Assembly: GCA_038214755.1 (NCBI GenBank)
Contig: JBBQRQ010000038.1
Location: 1 to 43,940 of the forward strand
Origin: Verrucomicrobiota bacterium
GTDB taxonomy: Bacteria > Verrucomicrobiota > Verrucomicrobiia > Limisphaerales > CANJXF01
Direction: 5' to 3'
DNA length: 43,940 bases
Shown: piece by piece, positions 1 to 8,661 of the stretch
Layout: each line of letters starts with the position of its first letter
Position numbering within the stretch: position 1 is the stretch's first letter
Translations under genes and position numbers: made by a program
The notes under the pieces: generated by a model
Seen by the model: only the letters and a program-made list of their open reading frames with translations
Told to the model about the DNA's origin: nothing
The model's database searches: none

Positions 1-123
1 CGGCATTGTTCTGGCATTGGTTTTCCGAGTTGAGTTGCGTTGCGACTCGGAAGAGGAACCGACGCGCGCCAGTGTATCCCGCCCGTCAAGCCCCGCCACC
101 AGCAAACTTGTGTAGATACCAAT

Positions 124-274
124 GGCTTCAGCCGGGTGTTGAGGTCGAGAGGCGAGTTCAACCGCTTCAGCGGTTTGCCCCATGCGAGAAACCGCTGAAG
201 CGGTTGAAGGTCGCAATCTGTTTCTGTTCACCCGGCTGAAGCCGGGTGCTAATGAGAGTCGCAAGAAACTGGGA
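124..274. repeat. Nested palindromic REP/MITE-like element, copy 1 (left arm truncated)
   Basis: Perfect 20-bp inverted repeat at 157-176/189-208 (TTCAACCGCTTCAGCGGTTT) inside an outer IR at 124-138/229-243; closely similar sequence at 30147-30304. Confidence 0.85.
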
Positions 275-341
275 CGCGCTCAAATCCGCTCGAAACCGAA
301 ACCAGCTTGTGTTTCTGGGCTTGCCCATTCATTTTCGCGGT

Positions 342-1802
342 ATGATCTGCAAATGGTTTTCGCTTACCTCGCTTTTTTTATTTTTGATCGTCAGCAATTC
401 GCGAGCGGCCGACCCAATCGTAAAACGACCCAACTTTATTTTCATTCTCGCTGATGACCTTGGATGGAGCGACCTCGGTTGTTACGGTCACGCGCAACTT
501 AAAACTCCCAATATTGATCGGCTGGCCAAGGAAGGGACGCTCTTCACCCAATTTTACGTGAACGGCTCCGTCTGTTCGCCCAGTCGCTGCGCATTTTTGA
601 CCGGACAATTTCCTGCGCGGCATAAAATTCACGGCCATTACGCCGATCATTCGGTGAATGCCGCGCGTGGCATGAATGATTGGCTCGATCCCAAAGTGCC
701 GAATGTCCCCGCGCTGCTTCACGATGCTGGTTACGCCACCGCCCATTTCGGCAAGTGGCATCTTGGCCACGGTGAAGGCGCGCCACCGCCCACGGATTAT
801 GGCTTCGATGAAACGCGCACCGTCAACGCCAATGGCCCAGGCTGGGATGAACCGGACGTGACATTTCGCGCGAAATCTTCTGCGGCCATCGTGGACGAAA
901 CCATCCGCTTCATCACGGCGCACAAGGACAAACCTTTTTATGTCAACGTCTGGATGTTGATTCCGCACGCCGTCTTGAATCCAACCGAGGAGCAGATGCA
1001 GCCTTACGAACAGTTGAATCCCGGTGGCAAAGATTTTCCGTTCAAAAGCGCGGCGCAGATTTTCTATGGGTCAGTCACTGACATGGACAAACACATCGGT
1101 CGTCTTCTCAAAACGCTCGACGAGCGTGGCCTTGCCGAGAACACGGTGATTCTTTTTTCCAGTGACAACGGCCCGGAAGACATACACGTCAAAAACGCGG
1201 GCCACAGCGGAGTGGGCAGCGCGGGACCGTTTCGCGGACGCAAGCGGAGTCTCTACGAAGGCGGAATTCGCGTGCCTGGAATCATTCGCTGGCCGGGCAA
1301 GATTCCTGCCGGAAAAATTGATAATACCTCGGTGGTAGCGGGAGTAGATTGGTTGCCGAGTGTCTGCAAACTTGCGGGAATAAAAATTCCATCCAGTCAT
1401 AAACTGGATGGCGAAAACGTGAGCGATATTTTTCTTGGAAACTCGCGCGCGAGGGTCACGCCGCTTTTTTGGGAATGGCGCTTCCACATTGCGGGCGAAC
1501 CTTTTCATCACAGTCCAATGCTCGCCATCCGCGAAGGCGATTGGAAACTGCTGATGAATCCCGACCGCAGCCGCGTGGAGCTTTACGAAATCAAAAAGGA
1601 CCTCACGCAGTTGAACAACGTGGCAGAAAAGAATCCCGATGTGGTCGCGCGCCTGAGTGAAAAAGTTCTGGCTTGGCAAAAAGAACTCCCGCCCGGCCCG
1701 ATGGACCCCGCCGTTGGTCAAATGAGTTATCCGTGGCCGAGCAAGGAAAAATCTGCCGCGCCGCCCGGTGCGGCAAAGAAAAGGCGGGCGAACGAAAATT
1801 GA
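342..1802 (+). CDS. Exported sulfatase (arylsulfatase/GalNAc-6-sulfatase-like)
   Basis: PNFIFILADDLG, formylglycine motif CSPSR, GKWHLG, SDNGP, LYEGGIRVP. ATG 342 gives a signal-peptide-like N-terminus; the track start (246) lies inside the repeat. Confidence 0.92.
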   Translation: MICKWFSLTSLFLFLIVSNSRAADPIVKRPNFIFILADDLGWSDLGCYGHAQLKTPNIDRLAKEGTLFTQFYVNGSVCSPSRCAFLTGQFPARHKIHGHYADHSVNAARGMNDWLDPKVPNVPALLHDAGYATAHFGKWHLGHGEGAPPPTDYGFDETRTVNANGPGWDEPDVTFRAKSSAAIVDETIRFITAHKDKPFYVNVWMLIPHAVLNPTEEQMQPYEQLNPGGKDFPFKSAAQIFYGSVTDMDKHIGRLLKTLDERGLAENTVILFSSDNGPEDIHVKNAGHSGVGSAGPFRGRKRSLYEGGIRVPGIIRWPGKIPAGKIDNTSVVAGVDWLPSVCKLAGIKIPSSHKLDGENVSDIFLGNSRARVTPLFWEWRFHIAGEPFHHSPMLAIREGDWKLLMNPDRSRVELYEIKKDLTQLNNVAEKNPDVVARLSEKVLAWQKELPPGPMDPAVGQMSYPWPSKEKSAAPPGAAKKRRANEN

Positions 1803-1840
1803 TAGTTGTGGATAGTTTGAACTCTCTTACCTGGATCACA

Positions 1841-1910
1841 TCCCACAAAATAATTCTCCCTCTCCTCGCCAAACGAGGGGAGGGTTGGGGTGAGGAGTCC
1901 GATTAACCGC
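1841..1910 (+). repeat. REP-like repeat (TCTCCCTCTCC...GGGGTGAGG family), left of the QueC cassette
   Basis: Its reverse complement aligns with 4689-4790, and its core with 13734-13770. Confidence 0.8.
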
Positions 1911-1936
1911 TACGAGATGGAGAGAAAAACAGCTCC

Positions 1937-3796
1937 TTATCTCACGATGAAAACAGTGCATGGCCGTTTCTTTTCAAATTCGGATCGGAATTTGTCGTCG
2001 TTCGAAATTGCTCGGTGAGGATCATAGACTAAGAACAACACATGAACTTCAGACGGATATTTCATCAAGTCCGCTGCAATGCCGTCGGAAGCCTTGCTGG
2101 GAGTCGTTGAGCTTCGAATGAACTTACTCTCAATCAGAAGATTTTGTTCGTGCCACGAGTGATCTGGAATCGTCGTGGCGATGCCGAAGCGAATTGCCGG
2201 ATGTTCCCGCTCGAAACTGTCTTTTTCGGCATTGAGTATCGCGCTTACTTTGTCGTTGAAATCAGGCTCATCCTTGGGACTGTTCTTCTGGAAAGCGATG
2301 GGAATAGCCGCTTTCATTTTGGAGCAGACGTTTTCAACCAATCGCAACACCGGAGTTTTCAGATATTCCCTCTCCGCCATCAATTTGAGGAGCGAGCCTG
2401 CTGGTATCCTCTTTGCCAGCTTGTCGTGTTTGTTTCTGATTCGGTTAAGGGCTTCCATCGCCTGTGTTCCGTGGCGCTTGCATAACTCCCAAATTTTTGT
2501 GTTCGCTTCTTCTTCAGTCTTAGCGCCGACAAAATCCACAACGTCCGCGAGTTCATTTAGCAACTCTCGGCAAAAATGATCGGCATTCCATTCAGCGAAG
2601 TCACGCGCTTGGCGAATGTAATCAAGAAGTGTTGTTCGCACCTCACCCTCTGAAATCGCTTGGTTTATGAAATCTAACGCATAGACATCTGGCTCGTCTG
2701 TTTCTGCAAGCCCCGCAGCATACGTGGCAATTCTGCGGTCAATGCACTGAGAGCAACCACCGCAATGAGAAGCTTGCTCAAGTTTTAGAAAGGTTTTGCT
2801 GCAAGAGACGGCACTCGGAATGAGATGGCGCTGGTTGGATTTTCCCAAGCTCTCCAAAAGGTCGGCTTTTGTTTTCCAAAAGAAGGGTGTCTCGATTGTC
2901 AGTTTGCGACCGATCACCTCAGAAAAGAGTTGTTGGAGAAGATGGATGGTCTTGGGGTGGGTGGTCCGTGTAGCCCTGCCATTCATCAAGTCCTGTCGCC
3001 GGATAAAATTCAATGAAGTAATTCCATTTTCAAAAATGGAAAACTTTTGTTTTGAAAGAGCGGCACACAACGAGGCAGCTATTGAAGAATAGAGAAACAT
3101 TCGTGTTCGCTGTGTCTCTTCCGCTGCCCGCGGGCCGGTTAGCCCGCAGTGAAACTTGTAGTGTTGGATACGATTGGGGAATGCCTCAACTAGAGCTTTG
3201 ACGAGTTGCTCTTGAGTCCGGGCTGTTCCCGGCTGGCCGGATCGATGACTTATCAGAAAAAGGCTGTCCGTCGAGTTCGCAAGCAGTTCACTAACGCCAG
3301 CGAGAGAATCCAATCCACCGGAGAACAGCGAAATCTGAGCGTTCGTCTTGGCTTGAAGCGCGAATTCCTCACGGTCAAACAGGTCGGCAGGAGGCGTGCT
3401 GTGTCCTGGTTGAAACGAGAAATTAAATTCTCGGTCTCCAGAAAGGAAACTAAGTGCTTCATTCAACGTGCGGACAATTTTCGGTTGTTTCCAAAAATCA
3501 AAATCGCGCACCTTCACATGAAAATGGAAACTTCGACTCCACTTGTGGTATTCAACGGCGTCCTTCGGCCCTCTGCTAACGGAACGGTCTGCACAATAAA
3601 CGTAGGCGGCGAGTTCTAACAGGTCGAGGATTCGTTCAGGAAGATGGAACACGCTTTGGATGAAGCGCGGCAACCCGATCCGGACATTCCGGTTCTGCCC
3701 ATACTTGTCCAAACACAACGGCTTTATTTCTGCGACAACTTCCGCTGGAAGCTTCGCTCCATTGCAAAGAACATTCTGGTGCGTTGTCTTGGCCAT
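1937..3796 (-). CDS. QueC/QatC-like PP-loop enzyme fused to a C-terminal PD-(D/E)XK (REase_DpnII-MboI-like) nuclease domain
   Basis: QatC-like N-terminal DLLELAAYVYCADR...R; PP-loop LFSGGLDS; RTR..LY; ENG; TRTTHP; PFFWKTK; Zn cysteines SCSK...HCGGCSQCIDRR. The last ~125 aa carry KDEPDF...EREHP...IPDH...LLIESK...DLMKY...FLVYDP. ATG 3796 overlaps the upstream TGA. Confidence 0.85.
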   Translation of the reverse strand: MAKTTHQNVLCNGAKLPAEVVAEIKPLCLDKYGQNRNVRIGLPRFIQSVFHLPERILDLLELAAYVYCADRSVSRGPKDAVEYHKWSRSFHFHVKVRDFDFWKQPKIVRTLNEALSFLSGDREFNFSFQPGHSTPPADLFDREEFALQAKTNAQISLFSGGLDSLAGVSELLANSTDSLFLISHRSGQPGTARTQEQLVKALVEAFPNRIQHYKFHCGLTGPRAAEETQRTRMFLYSSIAASLCAALSKQKFSIFENGITSLNFIRRQDLMNGRATRTTHPKTIHLLQQLFSEVIGRKLTIETPFFWKTKADLLESLGKSNQRHLIPSAVSCSKTFLKLEQASHCGGCSQCIDRRIATYAAGLAETDEPDVYALDFINQAISEGEVRTTLLDYIRQARDFAEWNADHFCRELLNELADVVDFVGAKTEEEANTKIWELCKRHGTQAMEALNRIRNKHDKLAKRIPAGSLLKLMAEREYLKTPVLRLVENVCSKMKAAIPIAFQKNSPKDEPDFNDKVSAILNAEKDSFEREHPAIRFGIATTIPDHSWHEQNLLIESKFIRSSTTPSKASDGIAADLMKYPSEVHVLFLVYDPHRAISNDDKFRSEFEKKRPCTVFIVR

Positions 3797-4569
3797 CACT
3801 TGTTGCCCTCTCGACGCAACTCTTCCCGAATTTTTCCAAACGCAATTGCCAGAAATCCTTCAACCTCTTTGTCGGACGGCGTTGACTCTTTCGTATGAAG
3901 GTTGTGCCAGCCAGCGGCGAATGACTGCGTTATCTTCGCTGTTTCAAACGCATGCTTCGAAATGGTGTCGATGTGCTGTCGAAGTTGCTCTTGCAGCAAG
4001 TCGCGCTGTTCGATGGTGCGACATGAAGCAGAGGCTTCACGTTCCAAGAAATAATTCAGATAGCGCTCTGTGAATTTCGCGAAAAACAATCGCGACAATT
4101 CACAAAATCCAGCGCCGGTGGCAGCCTTGCTCCAAATTTCTGTCTGTTCGCCCTCACCTTGGAAAAGCGACTTCTGGCTGCTGTGTTCGCTATACCAATT
4201 CGCGATTGCATCACTGGCTGCGCCCTGAGCGAGTTGTGCATATTCCAGCGAATCGCGATTGTTGCTTACCCATTGATGAAGCGCTTTTGCGAGCGCAAGC
4301 GGAGAAAGCGTAGGTGAAATCTGTATGCCGTAAGGAAGAGTTTTTTGAGATCGCGGGGTGGTGCTAATCGAAAGTGCAACCAAGAATTTGAACGCGGCTT
4401 TAATTCCTGAATCGTGCTGGATTGACTCAAACCTCGACCGGACATTCGCCAATGTGCTCGAAGCAATCTCCGACGCATCAACTTGCGTTCCCGAAAAGCT
4501 GGCAATCTGTTTGACGACACCCTTCCAAGGCTGTGTCTTGGGAAGAACTCCAATGCGTTCGTGACCCAT
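3796..4569 (-). CDS. Helical partner protein of the QueC-like enzyme (putative QatB-equivalent substrate)
   Basis: 257-aa ORF starting MGHERIG; its stop TGA overlaps the ATG of the QueC-like gene (TGATG); no catalytic motif recognised. The QatB-like role is inferred from context. Confidence 0.65.
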   Translation of the reverse strand: MGHERIGVLPKTQPWKGVVKQIASFSGTQVDASEIASSTLANVRSRFESIQHDSGIKAAFKFLVALSISTTPRSQKTLPYGIQISPTLSPLALAKALHQWVSNNRDSLEYAQLAQGAASDAIANWYSEHSSQKSLFQGEGEQTEIWSKAATGAGFCELSRLFFAKFTERYLNYFLEREASASCRTIEQRDLLQEQLRQHIDTISKHAFETAKITQSFAAGWHNLHTKESTPSDKEVEGFLAIAFGKIREELRREGNK

Positions 4570-4688
4570 ATTCAGTGAATTGTTTGTTCAGTGCCTCGTA
4601 GAGTTGGGCGGAATGAACACCTCTTTAATAAAGAAATCAACGCTCGCTGTCACGCCATCCTTTTATTTCGCTCTGATGGAGCTTCTTT

Positions 4689-4790
4689 GCGGTTGGATTC
4701 GACTCCTCACCCCGGCCATCTCCTCGTTCGATTCGCCTACGTCTGACTTCGGCGCAACGAGTGAGGAAAGGGAGAATTATTTTTTTGGGA
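4689..4790 (-). repeat. REP-like repeat, inverted copy of 1841-1910 with a ~30-bp insert in the loop
   Basis: GCGGTTGGATTCGACTCCTCACCCCGGCCATCTCCTCGTT...GAGGAAAGGGAGAATTATTTTTTTGGGA versus the reverse complement of the left copy, GCGGTTAATCGGACTCCTCACCCCAACCCTCCCCTCGTTTGGCGAGGAGAGGGAGAATTATTTTGTGGGA. Confidence 0.8.
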
Positions 4791-4878
4791 CGAATTAGGG
4801 CGGCAAGGCGCATGAGGCCCTTCTTCCCACGGCGGAATGGTTGACGAACTTCGGCCCGTAGGCTTCAATAACTGCGCC

Positions 4879-5439
4879 GTGAAGACGATCGCCGCCAATT
4901 ATTCCGAAGAAAAGCTTCAGCAGGTGATCGTGTATTTCCTGGAGCACATTAATAACGTACATCTGGGCCGCATCAAGCTGATGAAGCTCCTTTACTTCGT
5001 GGACTTTGACCATTACGAAGCGCACGGACGCTCCGTGAGCGGCGCGGTTTACCGCAAGCTCCCGCACGGGCCGTATCCCAAAGACGCCGAAAAGCTCATC
5101 AAGAAAATGCTCAAGGCCGGACAGGTGCGCGAAATCAAGGCGGACCACAAGGGCTTTACCCAACACCGGCTCATCACGCTCAACGCCAAGTTCGATCCCG
5201 CAAAATTTTCCGGAGCGGAACTCCAGACGCTCGAACGCGTCGCCGCCGACTGGGCCGATTCCACGGCCGCGCAAATCGAAGCCGCCACCCACCGCGAAGC
5301 GCCGTGGGCCGGCCCGACCGACGGAAAGACGATTGACTACGAGATGGCCGAATATCGCCGCGCCATCGGCTGCGAACCGCTCGACGAATCCCTCGCCCGC
5401 TCGCGGAAGTTTGCGGATTACGTCGCCGCGCTGGCGTGA
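4879..5439 (+). CDS. Panacea/SocA-like (DUF4065) antitoxin
   Basis: IKLMKLLYFVDF...G..Y.KLPHGPYP and TH...PW motifs typical of DUF4065. GTG 4879 preferred over ATG 4837 (start uncertain). Confidence 0.85.
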   Translation: MKTIAANYSEEKLQQVIVYFLEHINNVHLGRIKLMKLLYFVDFDHYEAHGRSVSGAVYRKLPHGPYPKDAEKLIKKMLKAGQVREIKADHKGFTQHRLITLNAKFDPAKFSGAELQTLERVAADWADSTAAQIEAATHREAPWAGPTDGKTIDYEMAEYRRAIGCEPLDESLARSRKFADYVAALA

Positions 5440-5448
5440 TTTTCTCGC

Positions 5449-5814
5449 ATGGGGGCATTCACTGTCATTCGCACACCCGCGTTTGACCTGCTGGCCAGTG
5501 AATACGCCCGCCAACATCCCAAGCTCCACGACGATCTCGACTGGCTCCTCGGTCGGTTGGCCGAAGCGCCGGAACAGATGGGTGATCATGTGCCCGAACT
5601 ACGCGGCTTCGCGCTGCCCATTTTCAAAACGCGCTGCAAGGACTCGTGCCATCGCATCGGCGCGTCCGGCGCGTGGCGGATTTACTACGCGCTGAATAAA
5701 CCGGCTGGCCGCGTTTTCCTTTTGTTTCTCCACCACAAAAAGGAATACGAAAATCCCGGCGCGAAATTTCTCCTGCAAAAACTCGAACGTGCATTCGTTT
5801 ACGCGGCCAAATGA
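5449..5814 (+). CDS. RelE/HigB-family toxin
   Basis: 121 aa: VIRTPAF...IFKTR...GASGAWRIYY...VFLLFLHHK, RelE/HigB2-like; starts 9 nt after the Panacea gene. Confidence 0.75.
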   Translation: MGAFTVIRTPAFDLLASEYARQHPKLHDDLDWLLGRLAEAPEQMGDHVPELRGFALPIFKTRCKDSCHRIGASGAWRIYYALNKPAGRVFLLFLHHKKEYENPGAKFLLQKLERAFVYAAK

Positions 5815-6926
5815 AGTTTGGACTACACTCGGCTCTGGTTGCCGTCATTTTCCTGGCGAGCACTTGGGCAACCGGCGCGGATGAAATTTTCACGCTGGAT
5901 GTTTGTCAGCCGACGCCCACCCATTCGCGACACGATCATCAATTGATTTTCCCGCTGAAGGACGGACGGCTGATGCTGGTCTGGTCGGAATATTATGTTT
6001 CGACAGATTCACTCTCGAAAAATGAAGCACGCGACGACATGCCTTGCCGCATCTCGGCGAAAATCTCGGCGGATCGCGGACGTTCGTGGGGCGAGACATT
6101 TGTGTTTCAGGAAAACACCGGAAAGCTGAACGTCAAACATCCGAACTTGTTGCGCCTTCCTTCCGGCGACGTTCTTTTTTTCTATACGGAATGGAACTCG
6201 CGCAGCAATCGCGTCGTGTTGCTCCGTCGCTCCTCTGACGATTGCAAAAGCTGGGGGACGCCTCAGTGTTTCTCGCCTACGAATAGAATTACGAACATCA
6301 ATAACGATCACGTCCTCCGCCTGCGTTCCGGACGAATTATTCTGCCCGCTTTTTCCAGCCCCTCGGTCTGGGACAAAGGCGATCATTGGCAGGCTTTTTG
6401 TTATTATTCAGACGACGACGGACGCAGTTGGAAATCGAGCGAGCGCAAAATGGATTTGCCCGAACGCGGCGCAGAAGAGCCGTGCATGGTGGAATTAAAA
6501 AATGGCTCGGTGATGGCGCTGCTGCGGACGTCGTTAGGCACTCTTTACGCGGCGCACTCGACCGATGAAGGCAAGACCTGGGGCCAGCCGATCTCGACAG
6601 GTTTAGCGTCGCCCGCCGCACCTCCGCTGGTGAAACGAATTCCGTCCACCGGCGACCTGCTCTTGATTTGGGATCGGAACTATCAGCCAGACCATCATCA
6701 CAAGGGAGAGCGAACTCCATTGAGCGCGGCGATTTCGCGAGACGACGGAGCAACCTGGAAAAAAATCAAAGACATCGAACTTGTTGCTGGTGGTGCTGCT
6801 GCCTACGCTGCCGTGACCTTTGTCGGGAATGAGGCGTTAGTGACTTATTATTATCAGCCAAAAGGCTTTGGAGGCGCAAGTGGTGTGCGGCTCAAAGCTA
6901 TACCAGTCGATTGGTTTTATAAGTAA
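5811..6926 (+). CDS. Exported sialidase-family (BNR/Asp-box) beta-propeller protein
   Basis: Signal peptide; five Asp boxes (SADRGRSW, SSDDCKSW, SDDDGRSW, STDEGKTW, SRDDGATW); EEP, RTPL, AAY motifs. Confidence 0.88.
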   Translation: MKFGLHSALVAVIFLASTWATGADEIFTLDVCQPTPTHSRHDHQLIFPLKDGRLMLVWSEYYVSTDSLSKNEARDDMPCRISAKISADRGRSWGETFVFQENTGKLNVKHPNLLRLPSGDVLFFYTEWNSRSNRVVLLRRSSDDCKSWGTPQCFSPTNRITNINNDHVLRLRSGRIILPAFSSPSVWDKGDHWQAFCYYSDDDGRSWKSSERKMDLPERGAEEPCMVELKNGSVMALLRTSLGTLYAAHSTDEGKTWGQPISTGLASPAAPPLVKRIPSTGDLLLIWDRNYQPDHHHKGERTPLSAAISRDDGATWKKIKDIELVAGGAAAYAAVTFVGNEALVTYYYQPKGFGGASGVRLKAIPVDWFYK

Positions 6927-6977
6927 TCCCGTGAATGGTCATTTCAAAAAGAAGGGTGAAAGAAAACAATTGGTACC

Positions 6978-8300
6978 ATGTATCGCACAAAAATTTATTT
7001 TCTAATTGCATTCGGCGTTGCGCCAATTGTGTCAGGTGCAATCATCGGCACCAATATTTCTGCGTTACCAGTCACGGCCAAGCGCGTCGCTGGGCTACCA
7101 GTTGAACAACAACCCGCGTGGAAAAAATATCTTGAACGTTCCGAGCGACAACTGCGAGAGGATCAAAGCTTTCTGGCCAATGAGCTAAGAAAACACGGGC
7201 TGAAAGAATCTTTGCCCGCGCCAAAAGGTCAACGCGAGAGCCGCCTCTCGTTGCGTCAATCTGCTGAATGGTATGGTCAACCCGAAGCGCTGCGCATCGC
7301 CGACATTGTGGTTTCATTTCAAACGCCGGCCGGTGGATGGAGCAAAGGGGTGGATAACACCAAACATCGTCGCGCACCGGGTGGTCAATTTTACGGAGAC
7401 CTTAGCGTAATGCGCTTGGGCAAGTCCGATGATGCTCCACCGACAATTTCGGAATGGAATTACAACGGAACCTTCGACAATAGCGCTATGACCACACAAC
7501 TGCGTTATCTCGCGAAGGTCAGCGGCACGGTTGAAGCCAAGCGAGGTCAACCGTATCGCGCCGCCTTCATGCGAGGGATGGATTACATTTTTGCGGCGCA
7601 CTATCCGAATGGTGGCTGGCCTCAAGTCTGGCCATTGCAAGGCGGCTATAACGATGCGATCACCTACAACGACGATGCGATGCTCAACACGATACAGTTG
7701 TTAAGCGAGGTGGCAAAAGGAGAAAGCGAATTCTCTTTTGTGCCGAAACCAACACGCGAGCGCGCGGCAAAAAGCGTTCAGCGCGGAATTGAATGTATTC
7801 TTAAAAGTCAGATCGTTGTAAAAGGTCGTCGCACCGTCTGGTGCCAGCAGCACGATGCGCTGACTCTCGAACCTACCTCCGCCCGCAATTATGAAATGCC
7901 GTCGCAGTGTGATTCGGAGAGCGCGAGACTGATGATGTTCCTGATGCGATTGCCCGATCCCGATACGAAAATTATTACATCCATCCATGCGGCCGCTGCG
8001 TGGTTCGAAAAAACCAAACTGCTCGGCGTCGAATGCAAGGTGCTTGGCGAGGAAGGTAAGAAACTTATTCCATCTCCCGGTGCTGGTCCGATCTGGGCGC
8101 GGTATTATGAAATCGGTAGCGACCGGCCCATCTTCGGCGACAGAGACAAAACGATTCACGACGACATGAACGATCTCTCAAAGGAACGGCGTAATGGCTA
8201 TGGCTGGTTCAATGACACGCCCCAACAGGCACTGGAAGAATATGCGCTGTGGAAAAAGACGCATCCGCCAGCCACGAGACAGAAAGAAGCGAGGCTGTAA
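6978..8300 (+). CDS. pelA: Pectate lyase, PL10 (PelA/Pel-15E family)
   Basis: QTPAGGWSK, GTFDN, NGGWPQ, ITYNDDAM, WCQQHD, ARNYE, WARYYE, ERRNGYGW. Confidence 0.92.
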   Translation: MYRTKIYFLIAFGVAPIVSGAIIGTNISALPVTAKRVAGLPVEQQPAWKKYLERSERQLREDQSFLANELRKHGLKESLPAPKGQRESRLSLRQSAEWYGQPEALRIADIVVSFQTPAGGWSKGVDNTKHRRAPGGQFYGDLSVMRLGKSDDAPPTISEWNYNGTFDNSAMTTQLRYLAKVSGTVEAKRGQPYRAAFMRGMDYIFAAHYPNGGWPQVWPLQGGYNDAITYNDDAMLNTIQLLSEVAKGESEFSFVPKPTRERAAKSVQRGIECILKSQIVVKGRRTVWCQQHDALTLEPTSARNYEMPSQCDSESARLMMFLMRLPDPDTKIITSIHAAAAWFEKTKLLGVECKVLGEEGKKLIPSPGAGPIWARYYEIGSDRPIFGDRDKTIHDDMNDLSKERRNGYGWFNDTPQQALEEYALWKKTHPPATRQKEARL

Positions 8301-8661
8301 ACGGAGGTTAACGTAACGCTAAAAGCGCTGCGCGCCATGATTCTGGAAGCGGACGGCTGCATCGGACGCGACCATGTTCTTTTGATGACCATGTTTGATT
8401 ACGAACCGAAGTATCCCTGGTGCAAGTGGGATGCGCCGCTGGATGATGAAGTGCATACCGGCAACGATGCTATTCGTGATGAAGCTGGAGACATTTACTC
8501 CTCTATCGGGTTTGTGATTTGCGTGAGACCAATGGGCAAGGCGCGTCGCCTCGGCCACAAACAGGACTTTATCTGGCGGAGTTCGAATACAAGGAAGTTA
8601 CTCAGATGCCTTTCAAATTTTACGCTGCACACGGAAGGCGAAAAACTTTTCTCAATAGTCC

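Noticed and set aside
124..274. CRISPR array or tRNA/ncRNA in the palindromic repeats (also 20694-20848, 27821-27915, 28135-28305)
   Set aside because: The repeats are inverted and nested, not direct repeats with unique spacers; there are no cas genes and no cloverleaf or T-loop motif.
246..341. N-terminal extension of the first sulfatase in the ORF track
   Set aside because: It begins inside the repeat (the same MLMR.ARNWDA peptide appears at 30276); ATG 342 gives a proper signal peptide.
1937..3796. Housekeeping queuosine biosynthesis queC
   Set aside because: Far longer than the ~230-aa QueC, with QatC-like N-terminal and nuclease C-terminal extensions and no queD/E/F neighbours.
1937..4569. 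Complete QatABCD or type IV CBASS
   Set aside because: No NTPase, TatD, CD-NTase or TGT gene on either side within the window.
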